This document shows, in pieces, positions 11,701 through 24,512 of a stretch of DNA of 46,435 nt. The number at the start of each line of letters is the position of its first letter. The stretch's first letter is position 1. The DNA is from Catajapyx aquilonaris (taxonomy: Eukaryota): NCBI GenBank assembly GCA_000934665.2, contig KZ538848.1, positions 1-46,435 on the forward strand, given 5' to 3'. The position numbers were made by a program, and so were the translations under genes. The notes under the pieces are model-generated. The model had not been told where the DNA came from. It ran no database searches and worked only from the letters and a program-made list of their open reading frames with translations.

Positions 11701-13888
11701 CAAAAGCACTAGCACCACAAGAAAATTAGATATTGCGGCTGAGCCGTCGAAACATGGCTCTGAATACAATGGGCCCCACTTGGAAAGAAACAGCCCGCCC
11801 GACGCCTTTACTGCAGCAGCCGTGGCCGGGACTTTTCTTTAGCCTTCTAGACGCTAGCTAGCTCGCCGGGATGTGGATTACAACGGCCCTATTTCTATAG
11901 TCAGTCTTTTTCCTGGATGCGCTACCTCCGAGCTCTTCTCTTTATTTGCTGCCAGCCGTCTTCGGGCGGTCACCGACACGCTCAGATTCGGGTCAGAGTC
12001 TGGTGGTTGAGGTGGGATTGTTTTTTTTTTTGGGGGGGGGGAGGGTAGATGGTAGTTTGTGGGTATATACAACTGAAAAGTAGGTTCCCACATACCTCAG
12101 CAGTTATGTTCGCAATCCAGTATATCCAAAGTCTGAAATAAACTTGGGAACTGGACTTGAAAATTGTGCTCCCATTTTATGTTTCGTGGCAGACGCTGAT
12201 CAATATACTTCTGGTTGGCTGGCCAGAGCTATTAGCTAATAACGAGAAACGTAAGGGCTGCAAGGTACAAATGGTGCTCGATGGTACGCACATCACTGTT
12301 ATTCCTTCCTTGGCATGAATGATATTTTGCTGACTTCAATGCTGAGTCATTCGTTAATGTCGACTGCAAGTTGTAGTTAAAGCCTACATAATTCTGACAA
12401 TGAAAAATTCCGACCATCCAACAACCTTGCGGACCGTCACATGCGCAGTAGTTTTTACGCTAGAATTTAGCGACTATTAATGACATCGGTAGTATGAAAG
12501 GGAAAGTCATCTACCCTAAACTTATAAATTGCTTATAGTCATGCTTGTGTACGCAAAGACCACTTTGAGGAAGCTGATTTATATTCATGAGAAAGTCAGC
12601 TTTGTGTAACGATCGTTTCATGTGATATGATAGCCCTGGCAATTTTATGAAGTGGCTGATCTATTTTCTAAGTGGCCTCCGAATTTGCACGTTACCTATA
12701 TTCTAATCAGGTAAAACGTTGCACTTCTTTTATACCGCCTAGCCCTATAGCCATACCATTCGTATAGTAGGCTACGACATAAAATTTTACAAAATAATAA
12801 CAGAGCCAATCGCACATTATTGGCACATCATTCTGTCGAATATTATACCAAGTTGTGTTAATTGACCTTCTTCACACTTCCTGGGGATCTCGACCTATTC
12901 CCCACTTATTTCCTTCCCCTACCTTCCTGAGTATAAAGGCACCATCCGAATCATATCATATGAAGCGTTGTACGCATATGATATTTGAGAGTACACCCAT
13001 TGATCCTGTGAAATATGACACCTCGCCAAACATGATTCGAGTTGTTGTACCGGTAGAGCCAGTTCCGTCTCGTAGGGTAGCAATGGTGACGTTACGATTA
13101 TTCTGACTGACGATAGCACCCCCAAAAAAAATCCAAGCACAGTCGGCAGAGAAAGCAGTTAGTAGGCGATCACTGATCAGGTGGAGCTATAGTCGGGGAA
13201 GGAATAAAGGGAAGTCATCTGCAGGGTAAATCGGCGCATTTTGGTGGAGGAAATCAGGCGGCAAGAACAAGAGGCCGTTCCGGAGCAAAGTCGACGCTTC
13301 GTATTCATACTTGCTACTTGGGCCCAATTCCTCTTCATCCCGACCTCGCTCTCGCCACCTGACCTCCTCCTCCATCCTGATGACGACTCTTCCTCGCTCG
13401 GTGCCTACGTACTGTACATACCTCAGTCTTCCCCATGCCCCCCCCCCCTCAAAAAAAAATCTAGCTGCTGGCTCACAAACGCAGCCATTGGAGGAAGGAG
13501 GATTCGAGCTGCATCCGCCCTTTTTCGAGGGAATAAAGAATTCTGAAGAATTTCCAACCCGTTTGCACCTAGCTCCAGGTCAGAGATTTACAAGTGAAAA
13601 AAATTCCAAACTTTTTTGTGTAGGGTGATAAAACTTGGATGAATTGTTGCAGTCCTGAGGCTAGTGAAATTATTGGTGTACATGCATAGTATTCATGACT
13701 TGCGCTGCATTTGGCGGGGACACACCAATGAAATGAGTTATTATTATTTCAGCTCATAAATATTGTACGAGTTGTAGGCATGTTATAATGTTCTAACTCT
13801 ACTACTATAGGAAGAAGTTGTGTGTATGCATTCTCATTTATGCATATTTATGCATGTATGTTTATAATGGGTCTCGGACTTCTCGCCT

Positions 13889-13960
13889 CCGCCGTTTCGC
13901 CCCCGGTCTTCTGGCCCCCGGCATATTGGCCCCCGTGACCATTTCGCCTCCCGGCATATT
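13889..13960. mobile_element. Single terminus of a Mutator/MULE-like DNA transposon (subrepeat-bearing TIR)
   Basis: GGGTCTCGGAC is followed by five degenerate subrepeats of the type TTCGCC(C/T)CCG / TGGCCCCCG, a pattern recalled from animal MULE termini. No partner TIR was found in the window. Confidence 0.5.
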
Positions 13961-14484
13961 GTCGACTATTTCTTATGTTCGGAACATTGTATTGAATTTC
14001 ACGTATGACATGTTCATCCGCTTTAATCTGGCAGAACCACCATTTCTTCTTTCATGTGAGCCCCCTCTGACCCCCCTTTGCATTCGATGACCCTTGATGT
14101 CTACCCTCACTCACTCACCCTTACCATGAAAGCACCCCTTCCTTCTCTTCCCCCTTACCACGTGACCCTAGCTCAGCTTCTATACGTGCAGTGCTTGTAT
14201 CCCGTCACGGCGTCGCGTCGTCAAGAGGAGAAAGCGTACCAACTGTGCTGATGCAATAACTGATAACATAATTACAAATTTGCATTCATAAAACAATTCA
14301 TCATCTGGCATAAATGAAGATTTACGCAAAAACTAGTTCACATTGATTCAATAATATTTCCACACACCGCACCGCATTAAATTCCAGACACTCCACCACG
14401 ATAACTGAGGGCGATAAGAAGCTCAGCAAGACCTGGTGTTGTCATATCTGGCTTATAGGTTTTGAAGTACAGTACCTTATGTTA

Positions 14485-14537
14485 TTCGGGGTTTAAGGAC
14501 CTACATGGTCTGGAATAACCCCGCCAATATCTGACTA
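14485..14537 (-). mobile_element. 53-bp 5'-truncated retroposon 3' tail
   Basis: Flanked by a perfect 14-bp direct repeat AGTACCTTATGTTA (14471-14484, 14538-14551). The insert folds as a stem-loop (CGGGGTT...AACCCCG) ending at AATAA on the minus strand. Confidence 0.7.
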
Positions 14538-16660
14538 AGTACCTTATGTTAATGCATGACATATGACATTAACTGTAAGCCAAGAACGTTGTACACATGC
14601 AAATAAATTAAATAATTCTGTATTCAAGATGATAATGAAATCGCGTTAGGAGACACTGGACACGTCATCTTTCTCTGTCCGTAGTGGCAAAGTGTAAAAC
14701 ACTCATCCTGCCATCATGTTGCATGAGTCGCCCGTGTTCTCCGAGAGTCTGATACATGTCACTTAAGTGCTAACTGTTTTTGGACCACCATAATATATTC
14801 TAAACCACTCTTGTCATAGCAGACTGCAAGATACCAATAAAGATATCGATCCAATTTCGCATCGATTCCGACCCTGTAGATAATCACTTTCTTGTATAAC
14901 ATGTAATTTGCCAGGAGAAAAGTTCTGGACACCTTGAAACTGCGGATTGTTTATCCACACAACTATAAGTTGCGATGATATTAAAGCTTAGTAAATGAAA
15001 ATGAAATATCAGATACCGCGTACCATTGTCATTGTCACCTTTGTGTACCAAATACAAGACGATCATGTTGTTGATGTTTACATGCGATATCTATTTTATC
15101 ACAAACAAACTAGTTTCGTCACAATTCTATCCACTGTGTATACATTGCTTGTAATATGTTTCTCTTGCACTTGTTCTCTCATAACCAACTTTATGACTCA
15201 TCCCTATGTTGCTCCGAACTACCCAGATTGCTCTCAAATTGTTCATCAGTCTGGCACTAATTATTAGCTTTTATCTAATACGAGGCACACTGACGAAGCA
15301 ATTTGCATAATCGATAATTACGCTCCTTTTGAAAAGGTAATAATGATTATCAATCTATTACATTATGACCCATCTTGGGAGTTATTTCGGCTGCAGCGTA
15401 TTTTTTGTTATCCCACTTCGCTCTCCGAATACCAAAAGCAGAAATTGGAGGGGAAAAAAAGAGAAGCTAAGCTACAACGTAACTTTCAGCTGAACCGAGC
15501 CAAGCGGTACTTGTCGAGCCATCTCGTGGTTGCTGGTAGAAATCTTCCCAACCATTCAGCAGCTACGAGGACGGAATTCAAAATCGGCTTCTATTTTTTT
15601 ACACCATGATTCACTCCTGAATTTGATCCTAGACGAATATATTTGTAATAGATTCTCAACATATTTTTTTTTCAATTTATAAAAACCATTTTTATAAGTG
15701 AGGTTTTTTCACCAATTATCCAAGTATTTGGTAAGTAGAGTGGAAATTGTGATCAAAATATAATGCTGAATTGATATAGGCCTAATAACAAAATTATAAG
15801 TTTAAGTTCACAACAAATGTAACAATTTACAATGTAACAATATTTGAAAAATTAACAATTTTAAAACGATTTCAAATAGTACATGCCGAATATTAATAAA
15901 AAAAATATTTCCACTAATCTCTTAGCAACATAATGCTATTAAGCCTAGTTGTCATGCTCGCATGTCATGATAATAATTTTTGAAGTGTTGTAACACGTCC
16001 CTTTACTTAACCTTACCTCCACCTCTCCCCACTTCTCCGTACCCTCCGGCCTCTCCGTACTGCATGTAAATTTTCATTAGTGAGACTCCGATACTTTGGC
16101 AAGCCATCGGGCTGATGTTGCTCACTGCAGGCTTAATTAGGCTCTCCATTTCTGAGAGGTGCAGAAGGTGCAGGAGGTGAAGGAAGTAAGGCAGGACGGA
16201 AGGAAGGAAGGAAGGAAGGAAGGAAAGGGCGGGTAATTTGGAAGGGGACGCATACATCATCACGAATTTGTTAAGAATTCCATTAAATTAGATTCCACGC
16301 CCCTCGCTTGTCAGAGAGCGGGACTTATCAGCATGTGACAAGCTAATTTCTCAAATGAATGGTTCTCGCCGCCTTTCCCTTCTCGCCTCCAGATGTCGCC
16401 TACCGTCTCTCTGGTATAATGGCGACCACCCCCTCCCCCTTCTCTGACTACCGAACCCGTGCCAAGAAGCAGAAAAAAAAGGTAGGTACTCGGCACTTAT
16501 TCCCTACCACGCCAACGAATCACCGTTGACGCGCCTATTCCGTTCTAAGTCACACTTAGACCCCATGCCCTTTAAGGTCAATTGGCTAGGTACCCACTCA
16601 AATATCGTGTAGACTCAAGCAGAAGCAGGTATTCAATTAGTGATTTTAGCTGAGGAGTTT

Positions 16661-16763
16661 TCAGGGTAACTCGGCGAGGCACGTTATGCCCCTGGTTGCA
16701 TATTGGTCAGGGTAACTCGGCGAGGCCCTTTATGACCCTGGTTGCATATCGGTCAGGATAACT
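16661..16763. repeat. 46-bp tandem repeat, ~2.2 copies
   Basis: TCAGGGTAACTCGGCGAGGC...CCTGGTTGCATATYGG starts at 16661 and 16707, with a partial third unit at 16753. Confidence 0.9.
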
Positions 16764-17843
16764 GGCTTCAGGGAGCCTCAGGCGATTCCACAAACCCATT
16801 TGGTCTTGGAAAAAAATTTAATAAAATTTAAAAATAAAATAAGTTTCTTATACCACCTGAAGTTTCGATACGGATTTGCCGAGATAGCATATGTAGAAAT
16901 ACATATTTTTTTAAAAAAATAAGTACATGCGCAATATTCCCCAGCCTGATTATGTGAGACCCTCGGTTGTGATCCAAGGGGTCGGTGCAAGCAAGCAGAC
17001 AGCCATTAGTTCAGGATTAAGAAGAGAATGGCCGCGAAACAAGCGAAGAGGCGAAAGGTTACCAGCTCGCTTTATTCAGGCAAAGAAGGGAAATGAAGTC
17101 GCTAGGGGGCGAGGTCTTCAAGAAGGATGAAATCCCGCATAAGCCTTGTTAGGTGAGGCGAGGCAGGTTAATAAAAGCTAATTGGAGGTTATTGAGCAGG
17201 GGCCCGCGGTCTGCCCCGCATTCAATCCCAATTCTGTTGGTAAAAGTGCGGCCTTTTGGGGACGCGCTTCATTGCTCGCATTGTTTATCTCAATTTTTTT
17301 AAAGTAGGGGAGGGAGGTGCCAAGGGAGGGGGGGATTCGCTAGTAATTCCCTTAAGGAGCCCTACCAAGAATGTGCCCACCCACTATGCTATTAACCCAT
17401 CGCCTTTTCAAATAAATCTGGATGGACCGTTAGGGTTTTACCTTGAAGAAGAACCCCGTTGATTAAAAGGCTCGTGTTGCTCTACGCTTTAGTCAGGGAT
17501 TAGTCTCATTTGGGCAATGGCGCCCGTAAAATTACTGCTGAATGTATCTTATGTAACGGGGAGAGTTTCAACACGAATATTACTACCGGCTATAGTACGT
17601 ACAGCTAGATTATGATGTGCCTCGAAAGTTCGCTCTTCTTATCTCTGGAATACAGTCGTCTCTTCCTCCACCAATCTCATAATAATTGTTTCACTTTTTT
17701 TACTGCCTACACCCTGTAATGTGCTGGCGGTATTGATATCGTATTTAGACCTCCTCAATTTACTTAGTTTGCGCATTAGTTTCAACTATTATCCATAATT
17801 GCACAAGTGAAACTAATGTCACGTAGAAGGATGTGATAATAAT

Positions 17844-18182
17844 ATTTTTTTATTTTACCCTGTGATAGGCCTCCATAGGCCCTTTTGGGGGGTGGCACAC
17901 CACCATCAATTTTCTGATTTGTTAACTTCAATCTGCGGTGCAAGGAATCAAGGACATTAGGTAAGGATAGGGATTTTCGGGGAGGGGACAGGGGTGCAGG
18001 TGCAATGTCTCAAGTTTGGGCCATGTGCAGTCCCTCGGGAGGTTAGGTTGCCAGACACATCCAAGGTGCAGGTCAGAGACCCTCCCGACGCAGGTGGAAG
18101 GGAACTCCCAGGTGGGGATCGAACCTGGAACCTTCCGCTCAGCAAGCCGAGACATTACCATCTCGGCCACCACACCTCCCCC
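17844..18182 (-). mobile_element. tRNA-derived SINE, family B
   Basis: 12-bp TSD TGTGATAATAAT (17832-17843, 18183-18194). The minus strand has an A box TGGCCGAGATGG, a B box GGTTCGATCCC and an A-rich tail after ...GGAGGCCTATCACAGGGTA. Confidence 0.9.
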
Positions 18183-19088
18183 TGTGATAATAATTATGGA
18201 ACAGGTGAACAATGAAGAGGATAATAGTACTTTGAGTGTAGGAAAATGGAATGAAAGATATGGCATCTGCCAGTCCCACATCTCTTTACTATGTCACATG
18301 ATGCACAAGAGGATCATGCGACAGCTTTACTCGAGATACGTGACTGATGGCCATCATCATGTTATGATTACGAGAGTGACAGGAACAAGGTGAGTCAGTG
18401 GTCCGGAAGGGTCTCTAAAGGTGAACGGGTCAGGGAAGCATAAGTTCTAATGGAGTGAGTGACATTTAGCTGCAACGAATAATAACTGCTGTAAAAATAA
18501 GACATTTGTATTATAAATTATTATGATGCCATATTGGAGGTGTGGATAGCAAAATGAGGTATAACTTGCATGTAAAAGAAATTAATCTCAGTTGCTTCAG
18601 CTGCACACCTCTCGAATATTCCTCAGTTCTGGGTTTTAGAACTGTGGCCGTCAAAGAGCACAACATAAATCCTCCCAGAATGGAGTGCCCGTCATGGTAC
18701 TGGCAGATGTCAACCGACACTGTTGGATTTGTGCCATTGGATTTTCGGAACCATCACAGCGCGACTTTTACACAGGGGGTGGTGTAAAATATTATCTAAG
18801 AAAAATACCTCACTATTTACCACAGTGTTTTGATGCAAGGTGTGACAAAAATTGAGCTGTCAGATTAAATAAGTTATTTTTCAAAACTAATAAAGATTTA
18901 AGAGCATATAGCCATGAGACGTATACAAAGTTTGAGAGCTGAAATATCATCCCAGGCCTGCTATTCATAATTATTATGTTAACATTGCTGGTGCAGCTTC
19001 ATCTCGTCTATAAGCAAAAATGAGACCTAATAATTCACTATTGCAAAGCATTCAATTACATTTTAATTCCACTTAATTTAGTTCCATG

Positions 19089-19186
19089 CAGTGTTCGATG
19101 AGCGTAATGCTGAATTCAATTAGCTTTAATTTTTGGACCTGAATTCATTACAAATTCCAATCAAAATTAATTCGTACCCAGCACTG
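19089..19186. mobile_element. Degenerate hAT-like MITE remnant
   Basis: Imperfect short TIRs CAGTGTTCGATG ... TACCCAGCACTG. No 8-bp TSD is recognisable. Confidence 0.3.
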
Positions 19187-19681
19187 ACTCAATCAGTGTT
19201 TATTACTGGTAAGTATGTTTACGCTAAGGTGAATATGTAAATAGCTTTAGAAGAGACCGATAGCAAGTGCAGACTGTATATAAGTTAATTAGAAAACTCT
19301 TTTGATTGCACCCATTCAGTTTTCAAAATTGTCATTGCAAAAAAAATGTATTCAAATCATCCCATATCGTTAGAAGTTTAAATTTTTTTTGTAGTTTTTC
19401 TCCAATAATCAAAATCTATTGCCATGAAAATAACCTTTTCTCCGTTTCCTTTCCCACATGTACTCCGTTAATTCCTCCTAAGCTGCTCATAATATATTGA
19501 ATACGAGATGTATGGGAATTATTTTCTCATCCGGGAAAACTGCTTGAATTAATCATTCAAAGGGCACCACGAAGAAGTCTGAACGCTAACATATTGTCTA
19601 CTTTGACAAAAAAATTAAAAAGCTGGATTGAGTAATTTACAAGCTTAAAAACTGAATAAGCATATATAATATTGATATTAA

Positions 19682-19808
19682 TGCCTGGTTGCACCAACAA
19701 AATTACCGGTCCGATAGCTCCTAATGGACAGATAGGTAGACCTTTTAACATGTGCTATCGGTCCGTTAGGAGCTATCGGACCGGTAATTTTGTTGGTGCA
19801 ACCAGGCA
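19682..19808. mobile_element. PIF/Harbinger (Tourist-like) MITE
   Basis: TAA|TGCCTGGTTGCACCAACAAAATTACCGGTCCGATAGCTCCTAA ... TTAGGAGCTATCGGACCGGTAATTTTGTTGGTGCAACCAGGCA|TAA, a near-perfect ~54-bp inverted repeat with a TAA TSD. Confidence 0.92.
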
Positions 19809-21756
19809 TAAGACTCTCAGTAATTCTTAGATATAAAATCATCACCACAGAGAAAAATAGGAACGTGATTGTTCCATTCTTAAATCAGGGGAAATGGATG
19901 TAAATTAATTGATGGATACAGAGAACTAAGGTAGACTACTTCCTGTCGCGCTAATATTAAATTAATATCAGTAACAATAGCTATGCTGAGTGTTCATGGA
20001 AATGAACAGAATGTGTGTAATACCCTTCATACTTCAGTGTTGGTGTGGCAATACAGCAGCAGCCAGTTCCTTTTAGTGCAGAGTATATACCGTCAAGTAA
20101 TTTTGCTAATTGTGGCATTTAGTATACAGTATAATTACATGTTAAGTAACTTGTTTGTTATTATTAGGGTTTCCTTTACTTTTGAAAGTGTAATTAAGTC
20201 AAAGACGGAGTGTTTGTATTTCTATAGCTTCTAGAGGTAAAACTGTTGTTTTCCACTGCAAGAAGAGGTATACTAATTGACTCGACTTGAACATGATTTT
20301 TTTGTGATTAATAAAAATAACTTCGGAATTTTAGTAGACTGTATCAAGTTACTTTTAGAACTTGGACAAATTAGTCGTTATTGCAACCAGCAATGTTTTG
20401 AGCAACTTTCATTGTGAAAACTGACTTTTTTGCATATAAGAAACGTACAGTACCATATATTCTTAATAACTATATAGTACGTAGCTTTACTTAATCTTTC
20501 TTCTCTTTTTTCTTCTTGCCCAACTCTGGATCACTGACCCATCATTAACTGTGTCATCAGCTGTTTTAGACACCTGACACTCCCTTCTGACCCACATGTG
20601 TGAACCGTCTAACTTACAGGGATAATGACACACCACTATTCAGTTATGATAGTGGTGCCCGCAGTGTATAACCCCATGCAACATTTCACTTGGGCAGAGA
20701 TGGCGTATAATTATACTGTACTTGTATACACCTATAGCATATGGAATGTTATCATGCAGTTTTCATATATACCCCACAGATCCCATCACATGTAGGCCTA
20801 CTAGTCACCAGTCTTTCAGAAGACCATTTCTGTACCACCATTCTCCGGATACGTCCCTATCTTGTCCAGGGTGCGACAATAGCAACCACCCCTTTCTTTT
20901 TCCTTCTCCAGTTTCCTCCTTTCTGGGCAAGAAAGTGCGCCTGTTCACAGACAAGACAGTCTGGAGCTGGAATGTTGCAGAAAGCCACGACAGAGACTTA
21001 GTTAGGTGGAGTACCTGCGGCAGCATTAGCATGATTAATCTGGCTGCTGTTTGCCCGGCGACGTGTGAGGAGAAGGAGAGTCACCGAGGGGAGGGAGAGG
21101 ACCTAAGAGAAAGAGACAGAGAAGCTGGCGTCTTAATGAAGCCTGCTGGCCAACTTCACACTGTGGACGGAGGACTCCGTGTCAATTTAATTGCGCTAAA
21201 CAGTGGGGCTGCATAGTAATCATGTATAATGTGATGCCGCTGCAGCTGCCTTCCATGCTACACGCCGCAGTTCCCAGAAGGGCCCGGATGTTGTAATGTC
21301 CCCAAACGGAGGGGGGATAAAAGTCGAGGCGCCCGTGCCGAGGGGTTTTGCGACGTCTCCACTGGCGGTTACTTTGAAGTGGTGGACAATGCTACGTGCA
21401 AATAACTGGGATGTCATTTGGCGTGTCCTTGACAAACCACAGCTGCATCAGCGCTGTAAACTTTGTCGCAGGGAAGTATAAATTGCAAACTGAGTCAACT
21501 TGGAACTGGAGCGTACACAGCAGGATACGTAACCACGTTAGGGGGTTCTAGAAAGGATGAGCCTATTCTGGTGGATTCGAGGCAAAGTTGGCTGGGTGTT
21601 TGACATTTTTTTGCAAAAAAAAATAATAATTGAGTAATGTAAGTATCAAAAATAATAGAGCAAGCACAACCTGTGCGAAACATTCAAGTTTTTACAACCT
21701 TACAGTTATACTGAAATTATTTTCATAAACCATGTAAGTATATGCGGCAACGTGAC

Positions 21757-21990
21757 ACTATTTTCGTCACAGACTACCCGGACTACGAAGCAGTCCTGAG
21801 GAAATGTCACATCGATCATCACGCTAATAACCCAACAGTAATCAAATACTGATTACGACACTTTCACAGGGCCCTCAATCAAGGCACAATAACCACAAAT
21901 CTCATACTTCATTTTCGATCCAATACCAAACCAAAATGACGAAATCAGACAACAGCCTACCTATATTCCATCAAATAATTTCACACTCAT
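21757..21990 (+). mobile_element. Possible very old LINE ORF2 C-terminal remnant (CR1/L2/Crack-like)
   Basis: Manual translation gives TIFVTDYPDYEAVLRKCHID and later TKSDNSLPIFHQII. These loosely resemble the 'IIxxxxYxxYEEAL' and 'RTxRYxNSxLPY' motifs of CR1-group ORF2. The match is weak. Confidence 0.3.
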
Positions 21991-23494
21991 CAGTAATGTC
22001 CTAATACTAAAGTTTGCATCGCACAAGTGAGATATTTGTATCTCACTATATAACTTCCACTTAGCGTGTTCTTGACCATAGAAGCATGACATATACTCCA
22101 TTTCCTCATCATCTCATCTCCCCCTGCCCGACCCCCCCTAGACGCCCCATGCCCGCCAGCTAGTCCTCCTATCAACCTCCCCAAACCCAACTCCAATCCT
22201 CGTGTTGACTTGGGTTTCACGGAGCAGCAAGGAATCGAATTAACCCCAATGGCCCCTCGTCTCATCCATCCATTCCGAGCAATAAAGAGGATAGAAGTCC
22301 TGTGGATACAGCAGCCTCCCTTATATTGATTGCTAGGATCTCCCCCTCTCTCTTCTCTCTTTCTCTTCCTCCCCATCTCTCCCTATCCATCCCCCCCTCT
22401 CACCGCAGAGTATATGGCTGCCAAGAGAAAATGGCATATCGCGACGGACGGCTTTTCAATTTGAGATGTAGGGCATCTGATTGGGCTCAGCTTCATTCCC
22501 GACACTTAATTAAAGAAACCTTACTGGGGTTTTCTACCTTCCACTGCGTTATTCCACATCAAAGCTTCCGTACGGTACATACACTGTAGGACAGTGCGCA
22601 AAACTCGCTGCGTGGAATCAAGTGGAAGTAACTCCAGTTTAGGGGCTTCAGACCTGCTCAGATTTTAACCGACGGTGCCCATCACAGCGAAGTTTGTCAT
22701 TAAAACGTGTATGAAAGCACCCCTTCCACCAAAATTTCATCATGACTGATATCGACCCGGAGCCTCTTTTCACAGGAAGTAATAATGGATGTTTATCCTC
22801 TCTGGACATACATATAGGAGTGGTGATTACTTGATGAATTTAAAAACGCCTGGATGGGAGGACTTTAATTGACGAAATTTTGGGGTGTCATCATAAAAAT
22901 ATGAAGACATCTTCACTTATCAGACTTTTTTTTCAACGTAATCTGAGCCTGTAGTTAATTGCCAACTTTCCTGAAACCTTCACGTTCTTTGTTGTCGATG
23001 GTGTCTATATGGAACATACTGCTCGAGGCTCATTATTCCCATTACTAAACACCATAATAATTAAGGTTTTAAAATACGCATACATGGCGTGATACGTTTT
23101 CCAACCTCAATGGACAAAACTAAAAAATTTCTAAAAAGTAGCAGCTACTTTCCCAACAAAATCACTTCATTGACACCCCCATTTTATTGCATCGATGTTC
23201 TTCGTAGAATTAATTCTCACATGCTACTCTAATGTTTGACACACCTAATTCCGTACAATGTATCACCTTTTCCTGACACCATGCTTCCAGAGTATCCAAA
23301 AGGGAGGTGAAGCTAGGAGCTGAGATGAAGCAAGCTGCAGGGAAGCTATCAAGATTCCCCAAATTACTTGCTGAGGTTTTCAAACGAGCCCTTCAAACTC
23401 GGACCAAGTCTTGCGAGGAAGTAAATCAGTCTGAGAACAAAGTGACTGCTAATTAGGGCGGACCTTCTTCCCAGCCACCAAGTCCCCCCTCCTC

Positions 23495-23512
23495 CTCTCT
23501 CCCTCTCTCTCC

Positions 23513-23548
<36 letters not shown>

Positions 23549-23581
23549 TTCCACTCTCTCCCTATCCCTCTCTCTCTCTCT
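23495..23581. repeat. (CT)n / GAGA tract
   Basis: Pure (CT)n at 23515-23546 within a longer pyrimidine tract. Confidence 0.95.
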
Positions 23582-23990
23582 CCCGCCATTTAATTAATCC
23601 GGGCGCGCGGCAAAGGATATGTTGTCGTGATGGGGGCCAAGGGGAGCTGGGATATTAATTTTTGATGAATGAAAAGAGGGCGAGACGAAAGGTGGCGGCA
23701 TCCACGCCCTTCTGGCCCATTCGGCCATATTAAGTGAGCGTCCTTTCCCTCCCTCATTATGGCCGTCCTTTCTTGCTTCTATGCCCCTCGAATATTTCCA
23801 GCATTGAACACTCACAAACCGGAATGTTACATACAAAACATATAAGGTACGGGACCAATATGGTAGAATTGAGGTGGGAATAAAGTGAAAGGGTTGGCTT
23901 ATCATTCTCATTCTCAATAATATTTCACCTAATGCTGTCAACGATGTTTGTTTGCATGTCCGCTGGAAGTTATCTCTATCCACACTGGGT

Positions 23991-24092
23991 GCGCCACCTA
24001 TCTGACTACATCCCTGCTTACTTAGCCCCCCTCCCCACACTCCTTTCACCACATTCCGCTAGAGGGTGCTCCACACGCTGCCAGGTGGCGCT
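23991..24092. promoter_or_regulatory. Cluster of three CTCF-like motifs (candidate insulator)
   Basis: CAGATAGGTGGCGC (minus, 23991-24004), CCGCTAGAGGGTGCT (plus, 24056-24070) and CTGCCAGGTGGCGCT (plus, 24078-24092). All fit the bilaterian CTCF core YAGRKGGCGC with at most one mismatch. Confidence 0.6.
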
Positions 24093-24170
24093 CCTGTACA
24101 GTTATCTCGCTACGGGTACCCTTACCGCGTGCACCGAAGGTGCATTCACCACAAGCCATGTTTATTTATA

Positions 24171-24512
24171 CAGGGTGTCCCATCTTTTTTGTCCGAACAG
24201 TTATCGGAAAATTGCGTGTAGCTGCTACTTTTTAAGCAGTGACTTGCAAACGGTGATTTTTCGGAGTAACGGGGAATATTCTTTGCGAATCGTAGGTTGA
24301 AGTGGCATACGTGCTGCCCGCTGAAAATTGAGGGTCAAGCCTGGAAAAAGGAGGGTCACACATGCCATGGCGTGCCATGGGATGTGTGACCCTCTTTTTC
24401 CCCATTCCCCATTCCTCCGACAAATCACAGGTTGCAAGTCACTGCTTAAAAAGTAGCAGCTACGTGCAATTTTCCGATAACTGTTCGGACAAAAAAAAGA
24501 TGGGACACCCTG
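24171..24512. mobile_element. Tc1/mariner-type MITE with ~100-bp TIRs
   Basis: TA|CAGGGTGTCCCATCTTTTTTGTCCGAACAGTTATCGGAAAATTGC ... GCAATTTTCCGATAACTGTTCGGACAAAAAAAAGATGGGACACCCTG|TA, plus an internal hairpin GAGGGTCACACAT...ATGTGTGACCCTC. Confidence 0.95.

Noticed and set aside
11538..11842. Pro-, Gly- and Thr-rich ORFs
   Set aside because: They arise from a poly-C run and CCA repeats.
16661..16763. CRISPR-like array
   Set aside because: The units abut without unique spacers, there are no cas genes, and the context is eukaryotic.
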